Positions 55,344 through 56,286 of a stretch of 56,286 bases of DNA are shown one piece after another. Below the pieces are notes generated by a model that worked only from the letters and a program-made list of their open reading frames with translations, was not told the origin of the DNA and ran no database searches. How positions within the stretch are numbered: position 1 is the first letter of the stretch; every line of letters starts with the position of its first letter. Source of the DNA: Gammaproteobacteria bacterium (GTDB lineage Bacteria; Pseudomonadota; Gammaproteobacteria; Steroidobacterales; Rariloculaceae); NCBI GenBank assembly GCA_041623375.1, contig JBFJXA010000001.1:1-56286 (forward strand), given 5' to 3'. Both the position numbers and the translations under genes were made by a program.

Positions 55344-56286
<943 letters not shown>

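Overview
This 56.3 kb window of high-GC (roughly 63-65%) DNA has the gene order of a core chromosomal region of a gammaproteobacterium. I saw no transposase, integrase, phage gene, CRISPR array or recognisable defence operon, and no convincing new multi-gene system. About 50 protein genes can be called.

Main gene groups:
- tsaD divergent from the rpsU-dnaG-rpoD macromolecular-synthesis operon, followed by folB.
- uppP and cca.
- hsp20 and degP/Q.
- A split B12-dependent ribonucleotide reductase (nrdJa/nrdJb), then hldE.
- tolC, a rhodanese gene and a pcm-like gene.
- Two c-di-GMP signalling proteins.
- A pyrophosphate module (pfp-hppA) divergent from adk.
- rnd and mpl; a LON-N-domain gene overlapping a rubredoxin gene.
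- A glycolytic block, tkt-gap-pgk-(MOFRL glycerate kinase)-pyk, with a patatin-like gene overlapping the pyk stop.
- yrbG-lptC-lptA-lptB-rpoN-ptsN-rapZ, and ibaG-murA at the right edge.

Unusual items, most interesting first:
1. A tRNA-Ile(CAU) gene on the minus strand (1282-1591) is interrupted in its anticodon loop by a 233-nt sequence with the hallmarks of an Azoarcus-type group I self-splicing intron.
2. nrdJa and nrdJb lie in the same reading frame, separated by a single TGA. The frame is open immediately after that stop, and an SD-hairpin-GTG arrangement precedes nrdJb.
3. A perfect 26-bp-arm palindrome with an AT-rich centre sits directly in front of the ribosome binding site of a secreted cyclase-family gene.
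4. A REP-like motif, GGGGTCAGACCCCAAT, occurs three times in intergenic DNA.
5. An AT-rich 490-bp hsp20/nrdJ control region carries a sigma32-like promoter and NrdR-box-like palindromes.

All function calls rest on my recognition of translated motifs. No database search was run.
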